A program made the translations under genes and the position numbers. Below the pieces are notes generated by a model. That model had not been told where the DNA came from. It ran no database searches and saw only the letters and a list, made by a program, of their open reading frames with translations. Of a stretch of DNA of 64,000 nucleotides, positions 9,838-23,701 are shown piece by piece (position 1 is the stretch's first letter; the number at the start of each line of letters is the position of its first letter). This DNA is from Naegleria gruberi (lineage: Eukaryota), in NCBI GenBank assembly GCA_000004985.1, contig GG738888.1, one strand, 5' to 3'.

Positions 9838-12800
9838 ATGGATAAAACAAAATCACAACAGCAGCAACAACAATATGTAAACCATCAACATGTTGAGGAG
9901 GATGATGAAAAATCGACGAGTTATGATTTGGTTGCGGAAACAAAGAAATGGTGTGATGAATTTGATATTAAACAAATAGGAACATTATTTGAAAATAAGA
10001 AGGCTACTATTGATGTTTCATCAATGCAAAATACTCAAATACTTGATGAATTATATGAACATTTTAATGAGAGATTACTTTCTAATCAAACATTAAACGC
10101 CATGCAATATAGTGTGCACGGATTGGTTCAATCATGTTTAAAAACAGTCAAAAAACCAATATTTACAGTATTACTTAAATTAGTGAATATTTTAACATCT
10201 AAACATAAGAAAGTTTTGGATTCAATGTTATCTTCTAATTCTACTAGTTTGAAGAATGTAAATTTCCTTAGATTTTTATTCATCTTTGAAAAGATTCTTG
10301 TTGATATATATTCAAATTCAAATTCATTGAATGATGAATCAATTCAATTAATTCAACAAATATCAACAAATTTCATTGCTACTCATCAAAATTTAGAATC
10401 TAATCAATCAAATGATTTGAAAAATATCATATTTTCAGCACTTTCTATGAATGAACTATTTTCATCACTATTTTCTTCAGGTGTTGATCAAAGTACTTTA
10501 ATTTCAATGATTGATTCATTAAATAATATTGCTAATCATTTATTAACAAAGAAAGATTTAGTGAATTGGGCTAATTTAGTTTATATGAATATTACTTCAA
10601 GAGTTTTGGAAATTTCTTCACGTTCCTTATTACAATCTTCTATGAAAGTTATTTTTACTTGTAAAATTGCTTTTAAATTAATTACTTTAAAATTTAAATT
10701 TTTAAATATTATTGATAAAATTAATTCTACTACTACATCTATTAATAATATTAATAATAATAATACTATTAATAATAATACTATTAAATCTAATACTACT
10801 ATTAATAATAATACTACTACTACAAGTCTAAATGATAACTCAATTATTGAAAAGTTAAAAGAACAAGTACAAATTATCAATCAATTAATATTTGAATTTC
10901 TCAAAAATACTAATGGAGGTATTTCAGATTATTTAGATAATCCAGATGTACAATGTTATGGATTAATTAATGCTAGAAATGTTTCATTTAAAGCAGGATT
11001 TTTAAATGAATGTGTTGGAAGTAATACATTCTATTTCTTTAAAGAATTTGTTTCTATTTTAAGACAAGAACCAAAAAGTTTATTCAATTCTATTGAAAAT
11101 ATTTACAAATCATTTGAACATGAAATTAATACTTTCCAACATTTAACAGAATCTGTTTCATTATATATTAAAATTAAACAATCATTCATATTTAGTTTAA
11201 TGTGGTTAACATATTTAGAATATCAAAAGGAAAATATTAATAGAAGTGATTTTTTAAATTTAATAATTTCATATTTTAAAATTATTCAAAAATTTGATAT
11301 TTACAAAATGGCATCAGAAAATTCAGTTTCTTACAAATTTTTATTTGAATTTGTAAATAGAATTTTTAGAAATATTTTAATATTTGAAATTGATAATTCT
11401 CCAAAAGAAGAAATTTATTCCATAATTGAATGTTTAAAGTTAATAGTAACAACAGATTATCGTATTCTTGATGGTTTTTATAGTTATATTTGGAAGATTG
11501 TTTTCCAAATTGATTCAAATGATGTTGAAAAATTAAATTTGAGTCAATTCATTGGTGAAATGTTAGACATTTTTGTACATTTTGCTAAAGGAAAGAGTGC
11601 TTTTGATGACATGTTTAATGCTATTGATATGTTATCTTTATCATTATCATCCACTAAGTATACTAGTACTACTAGTACTACTAGTACTACTACTGCTAAT
11701 ACTGGTGGTAAACAATTTAAAAAGAATAGTAACAATACATCCATTAATAATAATAATACTAATAATAATAACATGATTCTGAATAATTCAATAATTCAAT
11801 TAGAATCATTCAGAAATAGTATTAAGAATTTGATTCAAAATATTGCACCAACAGATATTATAATTTATTTTAAATATTTAATTGATACAATTTCACAACG
11901 TTTAAATAATAACAATAATAATCATAATAATAATCATAATAATAATAATAACAAGTTGAAAAGTATGATAACACTTTTATTATTTCCATTGACTTCATTT
12001 GGATTTTTTGTTCAATTAAATGAATCAAATTATGAAGAAATGCAAAAACTTGCAAAACAAACATGTTCAGAAATTGTTAAAAAGTTAATGAATGAAATGT
12101 CAAATGAATCAAGTGTAATTCAACTCTATTATTCAATGAGTAATATTATTCATAGATCTGAAGAATTTTCATCAGATGTATTTTCAATGAAAGAAATTGT
12201 TAATGATAAAGATTTTATTGTTAATTTTCATGATGGTACTGGTTTAACAATGGATGAATTTACTAATAATCAATCATTTATACAAGTATTTAAAGAATTA
12301 TCATTTATGAATAAGGGTATTTACTGTTATATAATTTTTAGAAGATTAATGATAATTAATCAACAAGTTAATATTAGAAGACACAATTTAACAACTTCAA
12401 ATCAAAATTTATATTCATATGAAACTCATGAAAGTAGAAGAGAACAAAAATTATTAACAAGAAATTTTCAAACTTATTTTAATTTTATTCAAGAAGAATT
12501 ATCAATTTTATCTAACATTCATCAATTTGAAGAATTTACACTTGAAGAAATTGAAGAATTTGATTGGGGAGGTATTATTGAATCTATTAATAGTGAAAAA
12601 AAGTACATTTCAATGTTATGGTATTTAACTGCTACTAATTTTATTTATATTATTCCATATTGTGATGAAGAAGAATTATTAAAATTATGTAATTTTATTC
12701 TAACACAATCTATTAATGGTATGAGATTGAATAGATCAATGTTATTACCATTCTCACTTGAAAGAGTTACATTAGATTTATGGAATGATGATTTATTATT

Positions 12801-13569
12801 TGAACAAGAAAAAATTCAATCTTCATTTGAATCTTTCTTATTTAATTCAATTTTAAATTCTATTCAATTAATATCAAATGATATGTTTTCAAATGAAAAG
12901 AAATGGATTGAAAAAATTGAAAAATTTACATCAAGTATTTCATCTTGTAAAATTGAAAAGAAAGTTTCATCCATTTTTGAATATATTGAATCTAAAGTAT
13001 TTAAAGTAAAGGATAATAAGGAAATTGATGAAAATTTATGTTCAATTTTTAAATCAGATTTTAAATTAACAAATATTAATCCTCAACAAGGAAATTTATA
13101 TTTAAATCCATATATTAATTTAATTTTATCATTCCCACCAAAATACTTTTCACACTCATTTACATTATCAGTTTTATCATTATTAATGATTTATGATGCT
13201 TTTATTTGTTTAGATATTTTCAATAATAATAATACCAATACTACTACTCAATATAATAGTGATACAAGTAATTATCCATTATTTGGATCGAATAGAGTTA
13301 AATTTATTGAATCTTGTAGAAAAGTTCAATTATTATTATTACGTAATTTACCAGAAGAAAATATTAGAAATTTATCTCAATCTTTTATTTATAGATTTTA
13401 TATTCGTACAGTTTATTCTTTAAATTCTAAATTTACTCTTAAAAATATGAATGAAATTGTAAAGAATATTGAAAATTATACATGTGATATCATGTCCATT
13501 CTTTTCAATATGGGATTAGATAAGGAAATGAGTGAAGATAAAGAATGTTTAATCATTTCATTATTATTA

Positions 13570-13617
<48 letters not shown>

Positions 13618-15261
13618 ACAAATAATACTACAACAATAGATAATGTAGCACAAGTAAGATTTTCCAATTGTTTATTAGGAAGTATTTATTCATTTATTAA
13701 GAAATCTATTATTGAAGAGGAAGGATCTTCTATTCAAAATAGAAATTTCCAAATTGAATCCAATATTTATTCATTATTATTTACAAATGGAATGTATGGA
13801 AAGAAAAAGAATTTTTATTTTGCATTTACTGATAGAGTTAAATCCATTAAGAATGATCCTCATGTTTATCAAAGTCTTGTAATTTCATCACAAATTTTAC
13901 TTTTAATTTCAACAAGTAAATCTAAATTACCATCATCTATTGATCATAATACTATTAATGAATTATATAATGTAATGTGTGAAAAGGAAGTAACATTTAA
14001 TGTTTTGAAAGATTTAATTGAATTAGTAACAATGTTTGGTCCAAATTCTCTAGATGAAGTAAATCCACTTCCTATTCCTCCAAGTAAATTATTTAGAAAA
14101 GTTGTTAAATCAATTCAAGATGTTAAAGAAGAAAAATTATTAACTTTAATGGTTACAACATTGAGTGGTTCACATAAGATTTTCCTAATTAATATGATTA
14201 TTGATCAATTGAAAGAATTTAATCAACATCTTGCAATGCCAAATATTTCTGTACAAAATGCTTCAATTCATGTTGATCAAGTTCAAGAAAATGTAAAGAA
14301 ATTAATAGATATCATTTCAACTGTTCACATGTGCTTGATTTCAATTGACAAGTCAGAATTGAACTTTTATTTATGTTCTGTTATTGAAGCTATCAAATTG
14401 AGTACTAGATCTTATCTTTTTAACACAATTCCAATTTCAAATATTTCTTCAATTAGTTCTGATTATTGGAAGATTAATTCTTCAGTTCAAACTTTAATTA
14501 TGAGATTGTTAAAGTTTATTAATTATATTTCATTAGAAATCAAATCACCACATGTTTATACAACCAAAACAACAATGGATTTATTCCTTTCTTTAATTTC
14601 AGATATTGCTGTTTCTACAAGTATATTCACATATTCTTCAATGGATGTAGCCAGTAGAGGAAAGAATATTATCATGTTATCTAAATTATCAGCTGAAGAA
14701 TTGTTAACCATGAGATTGGATCCAAATATTATTATAACACTTTCTGAAATTTTGGGATATATTGTTCAACATTCAATTTTAAAGGTTACAAAGGTTTCTA
14801 TTGTTCAATCAACTCTTAATTCCTTAATTAATATGCTTTTTGAGAGGGTAATCATTTTTGAGTCAATTCTCGAAACAAAGGAAGTTGATAATATGAATAC
14901 TTGTGTGAGATGTACTGAATCAATCGGATCAGTTTATAATACTGTTGCAAAGATTTCTAGTTGGGATGAATTTAAGGCACATATTGTATTTGAATTTATT
15001 TCAACTTATGCTGCTGTTAGTGATATGGTAAGAATGGATGATAATACAATGGATGAAAGACTTTACATTTCCAAATTACTTGGTACTAATAAGAAGAAGA
15101 TTCTTGATACCTTTGTCAAGAGTGGAATTCATACCCTTATTCATATTCCAATTGTTAATTCAAAGATTACAAGTTGGATGCAAGATTCTACAAGCTATCA
15201 ATCCTTACAAAATCTCTTCTCACAAATTTTACAATATAACAGTAATGATCTCGGATTCTAA
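9838..15261 (+). CDS. Very large (about 1807 aa), mostly helical low-complexity protein of unknown function, encoded without introns.
   Basis: Single 5.4-kb ORF. The ATG at 9838 has an A-rich context, whereas the track start at 9784 is probably 5' leader. It contains poly-N/T tracts, for example (AAT)n at about 13569-13615. Confidence 0.5.
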
Positions 15262-15265
15262 TAAA

Positions 15266-18084
15266 TTATTTACTTATATCATAACCTGAAAGAGAAAAGA
15301 GGAACAAATTAGACATGTCATCACCAGAACATATTGTTAAATCATCTGGTGAAATTGATACGGCTGAGACTGGGAATTTCTTCTCCTCAAATGAAGTAAC
15401 AAATGGATTACCACTTGAGATTGAATAAACTTGTGTAGCATAATTATCTCCACAAGTTACCAACAGAGAAGTACCTGGTTGATTAGACCAACAACTACGT
15501 GTTGCACCTTGTTTTTGGATAAATTCTAAACTATGTCTGAAAGTAAAGAGTACTTGATTCATTCTCTGGTCTACAACTCTTACTAAACCATCATAACCTC
15601 CAGTAGCCATGTAGGTGTCATCAGCTGACCAATTTACAAATGAAACTCTATTGTGAAGTCTAGTGTTATGAATATCACCAATCAAGTTCTTTTCCTTTGT
15701 ATCATAAACATGCACAGTACCATTTTCTCCACCAATGGCAATCTTCTTTCCACAGTGTGATAGAGAAAAAGCTTCTGTTCCATTATTCTTGGTTCTTATT
15801 TTGTCCAACAATTGATAAGTATTCACATCATATAAAAATATTTCTCCATGTTTCTTATCAGAAGATAGAATACTCATTGCATAAAATACATTATCTTTTC
15901 CAAATTCCATTCCAGATATTTCAGTTTTTACCTTTTCTCTTGCCATAAGGTCAATTATCATGGATCCACTTCTAATATCCCAAAACTTTACACTCTTGTC
16001 CTTCTCTGAGCATGAAGCGATAACATGTGAATCATCTGGATGGATAGCCAGTAAGCTGACTTCATTATCGTGACCTTCTGAGTTTTCTGATTTTTTAATA
16101 GTCTTCAATAGAGTGCCATCAGAACCAAAAACTCTAATGGCTTTATCAAACGACGAGGTGACTACCTTTCCATCTTGGGTAAACTTGACATCTGTTACTG
16201 TATCTAAATGTCCTTGAAGCTTCACTCTCTTTCCTTCCTTCAAATCAAACAGGTAAGCGTTTGGCTCTGAATTGGTTGAAATTGCAGCCATTCTTTCACT
16301 TGATTTATCAAAGGCAATTTCTACAATGGAACCAGAAAAGTCTGAAAAGGAGCTTTTTGTGACGTTTGGACTTTGCCAACATTGTCTATATGTAGTATTC
16401 AAATTAAATCTATCAGAATCTGGTAAATCATTGTAAATTTTCTTAATATTGACATGCTTATTTAAAGTGAGATCGCTAGTCTTGATTTCTCTTGAAGCCA
16501 TCAACTCATTAATTGTCTTGGAACAAACAAGTGGTATTGGTTTTTCGTAGAAGGTAAATGCCTCTCCGTGTTGACCTTCTCCATTTGAAATATCATCCCA
16601 ATAATTTTTAATATCTTCACTAATTCTATTATCAAATAAGATAGCAATCTTCTTATTATTCCACTTGTTATGTTTGAGATATTTGATAATTTTAGCCTCT
16701 GCAGGTGTAAAAGGACAATGTATCAGATCACCATGAAGTAATCCTAGTTCTTTCAAATCTTCTGCCTCCATTTTGAGTAAATTTTCACATTTACGTCTCT
16801 TTAAATATGGCTTATAGTAAGAAGTAAATGGAATATCTTCTCCCTCGTTGTTTTTTCTTAAAAATAAATTAAATTGATAATCCTTTTCGAATAGAGATAA
16901 GTCATCCTTAACTACATGTCTAAGGAGACGTTGAATACGAATTTCTGGCAGAGTTGCATCAATCCTAGCTATTTGTAGAGCACTCAACTCAGCATCTGAG
17001 TCTAATAAATAATCTTTTTGTGATGGGGTTGCTTTTTTTGGGCAGTAGAGACTTTGGGCAGGAAGGAAAGGTATTCCTTGATAACAAATATTATCTGAAT
17101 TTCTATAAAAAGTTTGGACATTTTGGAGGGAGGAATTCTTTGCCATTTCACATGGATATAATAAATGTTTGAATGATAATTGTTCTTGAATATCTTCTGA
17201 TGGATAGTAATGGAAGTTTGGTGGAGCTAAATGTTTTCCTCTATTATGTTTGAATAAATGATCCAAAAGTTCAGCAGAGTTTTCTACAGCTTCACTTTCA
17301 TCATATAAATTGGTTTCTTCTTTAGGGGTTTCAGTTGTTGGGGAAGGAGATGATGGAGATGGTGGAGTGGATGGTTTTTCTTCAACTTTCTGTTTTTTTC
17401 TACTTTTTTGAGATTTCTCTTGTGTTGACTTGATTTCTTTTTTCGATTCAATTGTCGATTCTTTTAACAGTGGAGAAGAAGAGGTCGATGATTTAGAATT
17501 GTCAGTTTTAGTTTTCTTCTTGATCGTCACTTTGGGTTTCTGTTCATTTGTTTCAATTGTTTTGTTTGAATTTTCATCACATGCCGGTTTGTAATGATCA
17601 TCACTTGTCTTTAAATTAACATCACCACTTGTAGTAGTATATCATTCAAATCCTCAAACATAAAATCATCACCTCCTAAGCCACCTCCAAAATCAAAATC
17701 ATCGTCTATCATAAAATCATCAATTGTTATCTGCCTAGAATTTTCAATAGTCCCAGATGATGAACTAGTACTACTAGCACCTATTGTTGTCGCACGAGTA
17801 GTCTTTGCTGATGAAGATTGTAATTCAGCCTTTTTTGCTGATGATGTTAATTACCATGAGTCATTACAAATCCGTCATGTAGAGATGTACATTCAAACAA
17901 TCCACCATTAAATATTCATTCCGATAGGATAAACTTACCCTCTTGTATCATCCTAGTTATATTTCTACGATTTTCTGCAAGTTTAGACAAGGTTTCTGTT
18001 GCTGGTTGCATAGCAAAAAATACATTCACCTTGTTAGCATAGTAATCAATCTTTTCAACAAGAGCTTCCTCATCGTCAATCATC
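15266..18084 (-). CDS. WD40-repeat protein. The C-terminal propeller and main body are on the exon 15266..17530. Candidate upstream exons are 18084..17940 (MIDDEEALVEKIDYYANKV...) and an acidic DDFMIDDDFDF exon at about 17660-17880. The structure is unresolved.
   Basis: WD repeats are present (VTDVKFTQDGKVVTSSFD..., IAIGGENGTVHVYD). The main ORF has no in-frame ATG for its first 130 or so codons and its track start is GTG, so 5' exons are required. The upstream open frames do not join without a +1 shift near 17640-17660. Confidence 0.5.
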
Positions 18085-18147
18085 TGATTATTCAGTGAGA
18101 TTCGTTTTTATTTGACTTTTGCATTTTTTTTAATTTAATTTTTTTAA

Positions 18148-18159
18148 TTTGGCGCCAAA
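18148..18159. promoter_or_regulatory. Perfect 12-bp palindrome TTTGGCGCCAAA, a canonical E2F-type site, about 65-75 bp upstream of the WD40 gene's ATG.
   Basis: Read directly. It is the only GC-rich element in the 98-bp gap between the SKI3 stop at 18183 and the ATG at 18084. Confidence 0.4.
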
Positions 18160-18182
18160 CTTTTGTGAGCGGGAAGTTAACT

Positions 18183-21100
18183 TTATTTCTTCTTTTTGGC
18201 TTGTTGTTGTGGTTTGACTGGTTCTTTTGGTTTGAGAGCTTGTTGAATTGTATCCAAATAGTCCCAATATTTAGTATTGGATGGGTCTAATCTAATGGCT
18301 TTTTGAATGAATTTCAAAGCAGGAGCAGGCATTTCACTTTCAAAAGCAAATGAAGCAAGTGTGAAAACAACTTCTGCTTGGTTGGATGATTTGCTCTTTT
18401 CAGCCCATAAAGATTCTTCTGCTGGTCCCCAGTTTTCCTTATTGTAATGTACCCAGTACATGTTGATTGATGCAAGAGGTTGTTCTGGATCAATTCTAAT
18501 AACTTGTTGGAAGGCATTGAGTGCCTCCTCCAAATTTCCATTAAGGAATTGTAATTTACCATAAATCAAATAGACAGGAGCAGATTCATTATTGATTCTG
18601 AAAGCATTCTTGGTAAATTGAATACCATCAGTAATCATTTCCTTACTGTTATTAATGAGACTGATCATTAAACAAATATATGCCAACATGCTATTCGATA
18701 AGAATTCATTGCTCAAATCATTATTCTTCTTTGAAATGGATAAACAGCTTTCAACACAATACTTTGCCATTGTGAATTTCTTTTGATTAATCAAAATGGT
18801 TGCCAAAGTATACCAAGCGTACAAGTTAGTATTATCCTTTTTGAGAGAATTGGTAAATAATTTCATAACCTTTTCCATAGATTCTCCCTTAGCCAAAATA
18901 CATTTTCCAAGAAGTGCAAATAATGATGATTCAATAGTTGCATTATCCTTGTGCTTTTCCATTAATGACTTGATAGCACCCATACACTTTGTATACTCTC
19001 CATTATAAATATATTGTTCGAGCAAAGCAATTTGGAGTGGTAAATCAGTAACAGTATCATTAATTTCCAAGTAAGATTTAAGAAGAGTACCAGCAGCCTT
19101 ATTGTAAGAGTTTTCTTTTTCAATCAAAGAAAGTGAATGAGTACAAGAGGTAAGTAATCTGAAAATTTTCATATTGCTTGGATCTAACATGAGTGCTTTT
19201 TGAGCCATAGACATGGCATGTTTCAATGTAATTCTAGCATTATGATAAGATGGAGCTGAACCCATTGCATAGTACAAACAAGCAATATTGTACAATCTTT
19301 CAATTACAGAAGATTTGTCATTAACGAATGTTTCTGTAGAAAACTTTGAAAGAGAGTTTTGCAAGAGTTGGGTTGTGAGTTGAGAAATAGCTCCAGAGTT
19401 GGTAGAAGCAATTGGTGTTTCATCGACTTCAAATTTGGCCTTGCTCTTCTTATTCTTCTTCTTAACATCTGTTGCCATAGAAATGAATTGATAGTCAAGA
19501 GTAACTTGGGAAAGTAAATCCCACAACTTTGGTTCGGCAGGATTCATGTGAATGACCTTACAAATAGAGTTTCTAGCTTTTTCATATTCACCATAACTAC
19601 AATAAATAAGAGCTTCCAACTTGGTTGTTTCTAAACTTAAAGAAGATTGTCTTGCCTTCAACTTTCTGATTACTTCTAGAGCTGGAGTAGAATTTTTAGG
19701 CTCCGCTACAACTAATAAGGAAGTTAAACTGAGATAAGCCTCCTCATGGCTAGGGAATTCATTGATACTAATTAAAAAATTAGATTATTAGTAAAATTGA
19801 TCAATAAACTTACCATTTTTCAAAATATTCCTTTGCTTTCTTAAAATCTTTTTGTTGATAATAAACCTTGGCAATTAAATTATACAACTCAATTAATCTC
19901 TTTTCACTTTCAAGTCCTTCTTTAATTTTCTTTGAAGAGCTCTCAATGGCAGATAAGATACTCTTGATAGAGAATGAGAAATCTGAAGCAAAACAACTAG
20001 TAATGGCAGATCCCATCAAAATACCCATATCATCTGAAGAATATTGCTTGCAAAGTTCGAAAACTGAGCTGGCATCATTGAATTTAGAGAGTTTGCAAAG
20101 AACTCTTGCCTTGTTAATCCTAACTAGATATAACATATTTTCAACAGAGTATAAATCAGCTTCAGCAAAGATAATAGATTTGGTATTATGAATAAATCCT
20201 TTTTGTTGAGTATCAGCTTGGCTCTTATACTTGATTTGATAGTCAATCAAGAGGCCTTCACACTTGTTGAATGCTTCCAAAGATTTTTCATACTGTTGTT
20301 GCATTTCTAGAGCTACACCCAAAATATTCCAAGCAGCATAATCTGTAGTATTGAATTGGAAGTACTTCATAATAGATTGAATAGCATAAATAGAGTCATT
20401 GCTCAATAATGAAGTATAGGCAAGTCCAAGATAGGCAGGAGGAACATTTTCAAGAGTTGTTGAATGTTTGAAATCTTCCTTTGCTCTAATAACACCTTCT
20501 CTATTTGTAACATTTTCATTGATTAAAGCAAGACCAACCCAGGCAACACTGCTTTCAGGATAAATAGCTTGAGCTTTCAAGAATGCCTTTCTTGCCAATT
20601 TGAGGTTGAAATTCTTCAAGTATAAGGCACCTAAATTATTCCATGCAATATGATTCTTGGTATCGATTTGAGTAGCTCTAATATAACAATGTTGTTTAAC
20701 TACATCATTGTCAGAGATGATACCCATACAATTCCAATAATTACTATTATGTGGACTCAATGTAATGGCTTTTCTAATGTGTTCTAATGCCTTTCCTCTC
20801 AATTCTTTATGATCATCTCCATGAGGTCCTACCATATCAAAAAGTTGATTAATTTCAGAAACAGCCAAATCAAACCAAGTATCAGAATCATTCTCATCAA
20901 GAGAGATCAAACTTGTAAAGGATGTAGATGCTTGCTTCAAGTAATCCAACTTGGTCTTTAATTCATCTTGGAATGTTTCAATATAAATACTATTGTCATT
21001 CTTACACAATTCTCTGTATGTTGAGATGGCTTCCACAATATTTCTTTCAGGAATTTGGAAGCAATAACTTTGAATATCTCCCAATAATTTCCACAAAGTC

Positions 21101-23606
21101 TTGAGAGTAGCAAAGTGTTTCTTAATACCGTTTGTAAGAACACATTGGGCTCTAATAACTTGGTGAGCACATTGAGTGAATAAACCATCACTGTAATAGT
21201 TTTGTGCAACCTTGAACAAGACAGCAGCAATTCCTTCATAGGCAACAGAGAACTTTTCATTGAGAGCAATAACCTTCTCATAGATTTCTCTACTGTTGTC
21301 ATATTCACTCAACTGGAATTTGATAAAGGCTGATTGCACCATAGAAAATACCAAAGATGAATCTAATTCGACAGCTCTGGAGAATGCCTTGAGAGCTGCC
21401 AAGTATTTACCTTCTTGTTTATAGCTTTCTCCAAGACCTTCCCAGCAGAGAGCATGCAATGGAGAAACTCTTAAAGCGTGTTGGAATGAAAGAATGGATT
21501 CATCCAATAAATTTTGTGATTGTTGATAAAAACCAAGCTTTGCCCAAGCCCAACCAGCTCTATTGTTTCTAGAGGTGGCATCTTGGAAAAGACTGGCAGC
21601 AAGTGTTAATTGACCTTTAGAGATGTAAATATCGCCCAAATTTTCACCTGCTTCGTCCTCTAATGGATTCAAAGTAACGGCTTTCTTATAGCACTTAATA
21701 CATCTATCTTCATCTTGTTCGATATTCTTATAGAAATGACCCAAGTAAGCATAGTTACTTGAAAAGTTTGGATTCAATCTTGCAGACTTCAAAAGTAAGG
21801 AGTAACAGTACTGCTTATCTTGTCTATAACTTTCATTCCAATCCCAATAAACTTTAGACAATCTAAAGAAGTACAAGTAATTATTTGGATTAACTTCAAT
21901 GGCTGCATTGATGTACTTTACAGCTGCATCATAATCCTTGTCCAAATAACAGAACCAACCTGTTTGACAAAGAGTCAAATCGTCTTGTGGATTGATTTGA
22001 ATGGCTCTGACATAATATTCTCTTGATTTGGTCAAATTACCTCTTTGATATTCGATATCAGCAATACCCTTGATTGCATCAAGATTGTCTGCATCATTTT
22101 GCATTACCTCCTTATAAATTTCTTCAGCCTCTGCAAGAGCACCAAACTTCAACAGAGAATATGCTTGAAGAATCTTTAACTTTGCTACTTGCTTGTCCAA
22201 AGATGCTTTGGTTTGAGTTTTTCTTTCTTCAACAATTAACAAGCCCTTTCTAGCAATTTCAGAAGCATTCTTGTACTTTTCCAAACTCAAATAAAGCTCT
22301 GAAAGTAAGATCCAACCTTGAATAAAGTGAGGTATTAATTCAATACCTCTCTGTAAGAGAATCATTAATTCATCTTCAATCTTATCACTCTTAATATTTT
22401 CCTTTCTGAGCAATTCAAATAATTTAATGTAGGAAAGACCTTCATATGGGAATAAGTGTAACATTCTTCTAGTAATAACCTTTTCCTGTAAGTTCTTCTC
22501 ATCAAAAATGTCATAATTATCTTCTTCATTAATAAGGAAAAGTTGTTCAATAGCTTTGAAATAGTTCTTGTGCATGGAGAGAGCTTCCTTACAAATAGAT
22601 ACCAAACCTTGTTTTAACTATTTTAACAATTAGATAATTTCATCATATTTGAACGTACCTTTGTTTCAACTTCCTTGTCTTGGACTAGTCTGAAACGTTG
22701 TTGAGTTCTTTCTATCATCTTGTCAAAAACATGGAAATCGCAAAACATTTCATTCTTCTTACAAAATTCAACAATTTGAGCCAATAGGTTGTCGACACTT
22801 GTTTCCAAATTTTGAGAATAGTAAAATTGTGTAGTTTCTACTTTCAAAGTGACCTTCAATTCTTCTCTCTTATTCATTGGTAAGAGTTCAATATCACTTG
22901 GCATTAATTTTTCCAATTCTCTATCACTCAACTTTTTCTTTTCCTTCAAGAGTTTTTTCTTTTGTTTTTCACGAAGTTCAAGAATTTGTTCTTGAACCTT
23001 TTCATCAAGAAGTTTATCAATTTGCAATCTCTCTCTATATTGTTCAAGGAATAATGTATCGAGCATTTGTGTGTATTTTGATGATGAACTCTTCTCAGCA
23101 ATAATACTAAAATCATTGATCAATTTTTCATACTTGGAGATGAGTGCTGAAGTTAATTCACTTTCTGAAAGTGAACGAATATCCAAATTAAACCATTGAT
23201 GATACTTTCCAAGATGATTCAACCACTTTTCTTGATCTTTAGACTTGAGAAGAGGAAGTAATTTTTCGCAAACTTGTAAAGCCTTCTTCCTACACTCTGT
23301 AGCAGATGATAATTTTTGTTCATATAATTCTAACAAGCCTAATAATGGTTGTTCACTATCTTTTTGCAAACTAGCAGCCTTTTCATAGGCTTGCTCTGCT
23401 TGAGTAAAGTATTGTTCATCCTGATCAGCAACATATAATTTTCCCAGACAAAATCCACAATATAAAAACATGTTGAAATTTGTATTATCCAATTTTAAAG
23501 CCTTTTTTAATTCGACCAAGGCTCCTTTCCAATCTTGTTTTCCCATACATTCCTTGATGAGTTTGGCATGCTCCTTTAGCATCTTGGCAGAAGAAGCTTG
23601 ACTCAT
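18183..23606 (-). CDS. ski3: SKI3/TTC37-like superkiller TPR protein of about 1778 aa in 3 exons: 23606..22659, 22617..19814 and 19767..18183. Introns are 22618..22658 (41 nt) and 19768..19813 (46 nt).
   Basis: TPR repeats are present along the full spliced ORF, as expected for Ski3. The N-terminus (KEHAKLIKECMGKQDWKGALVELKKALKLDNTNFNMFLYCGF) resembles the first TPR of human TTC37. The 5' sites are GTACGT and GTAAGT with a TACTAAT branch. Splice phases agree with ORFs 22623..23606, 19810..22605 and 18183..19661. Confidence 0.6.
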
Positions 23607-23701
23607 TTTTTTTAATAAATATTAATATTATTTTAATAAATATAATATTTTACTTATTTAATAAATATATTGTTGTAAAGTGAATGATATTTATATGTTA
23701 T

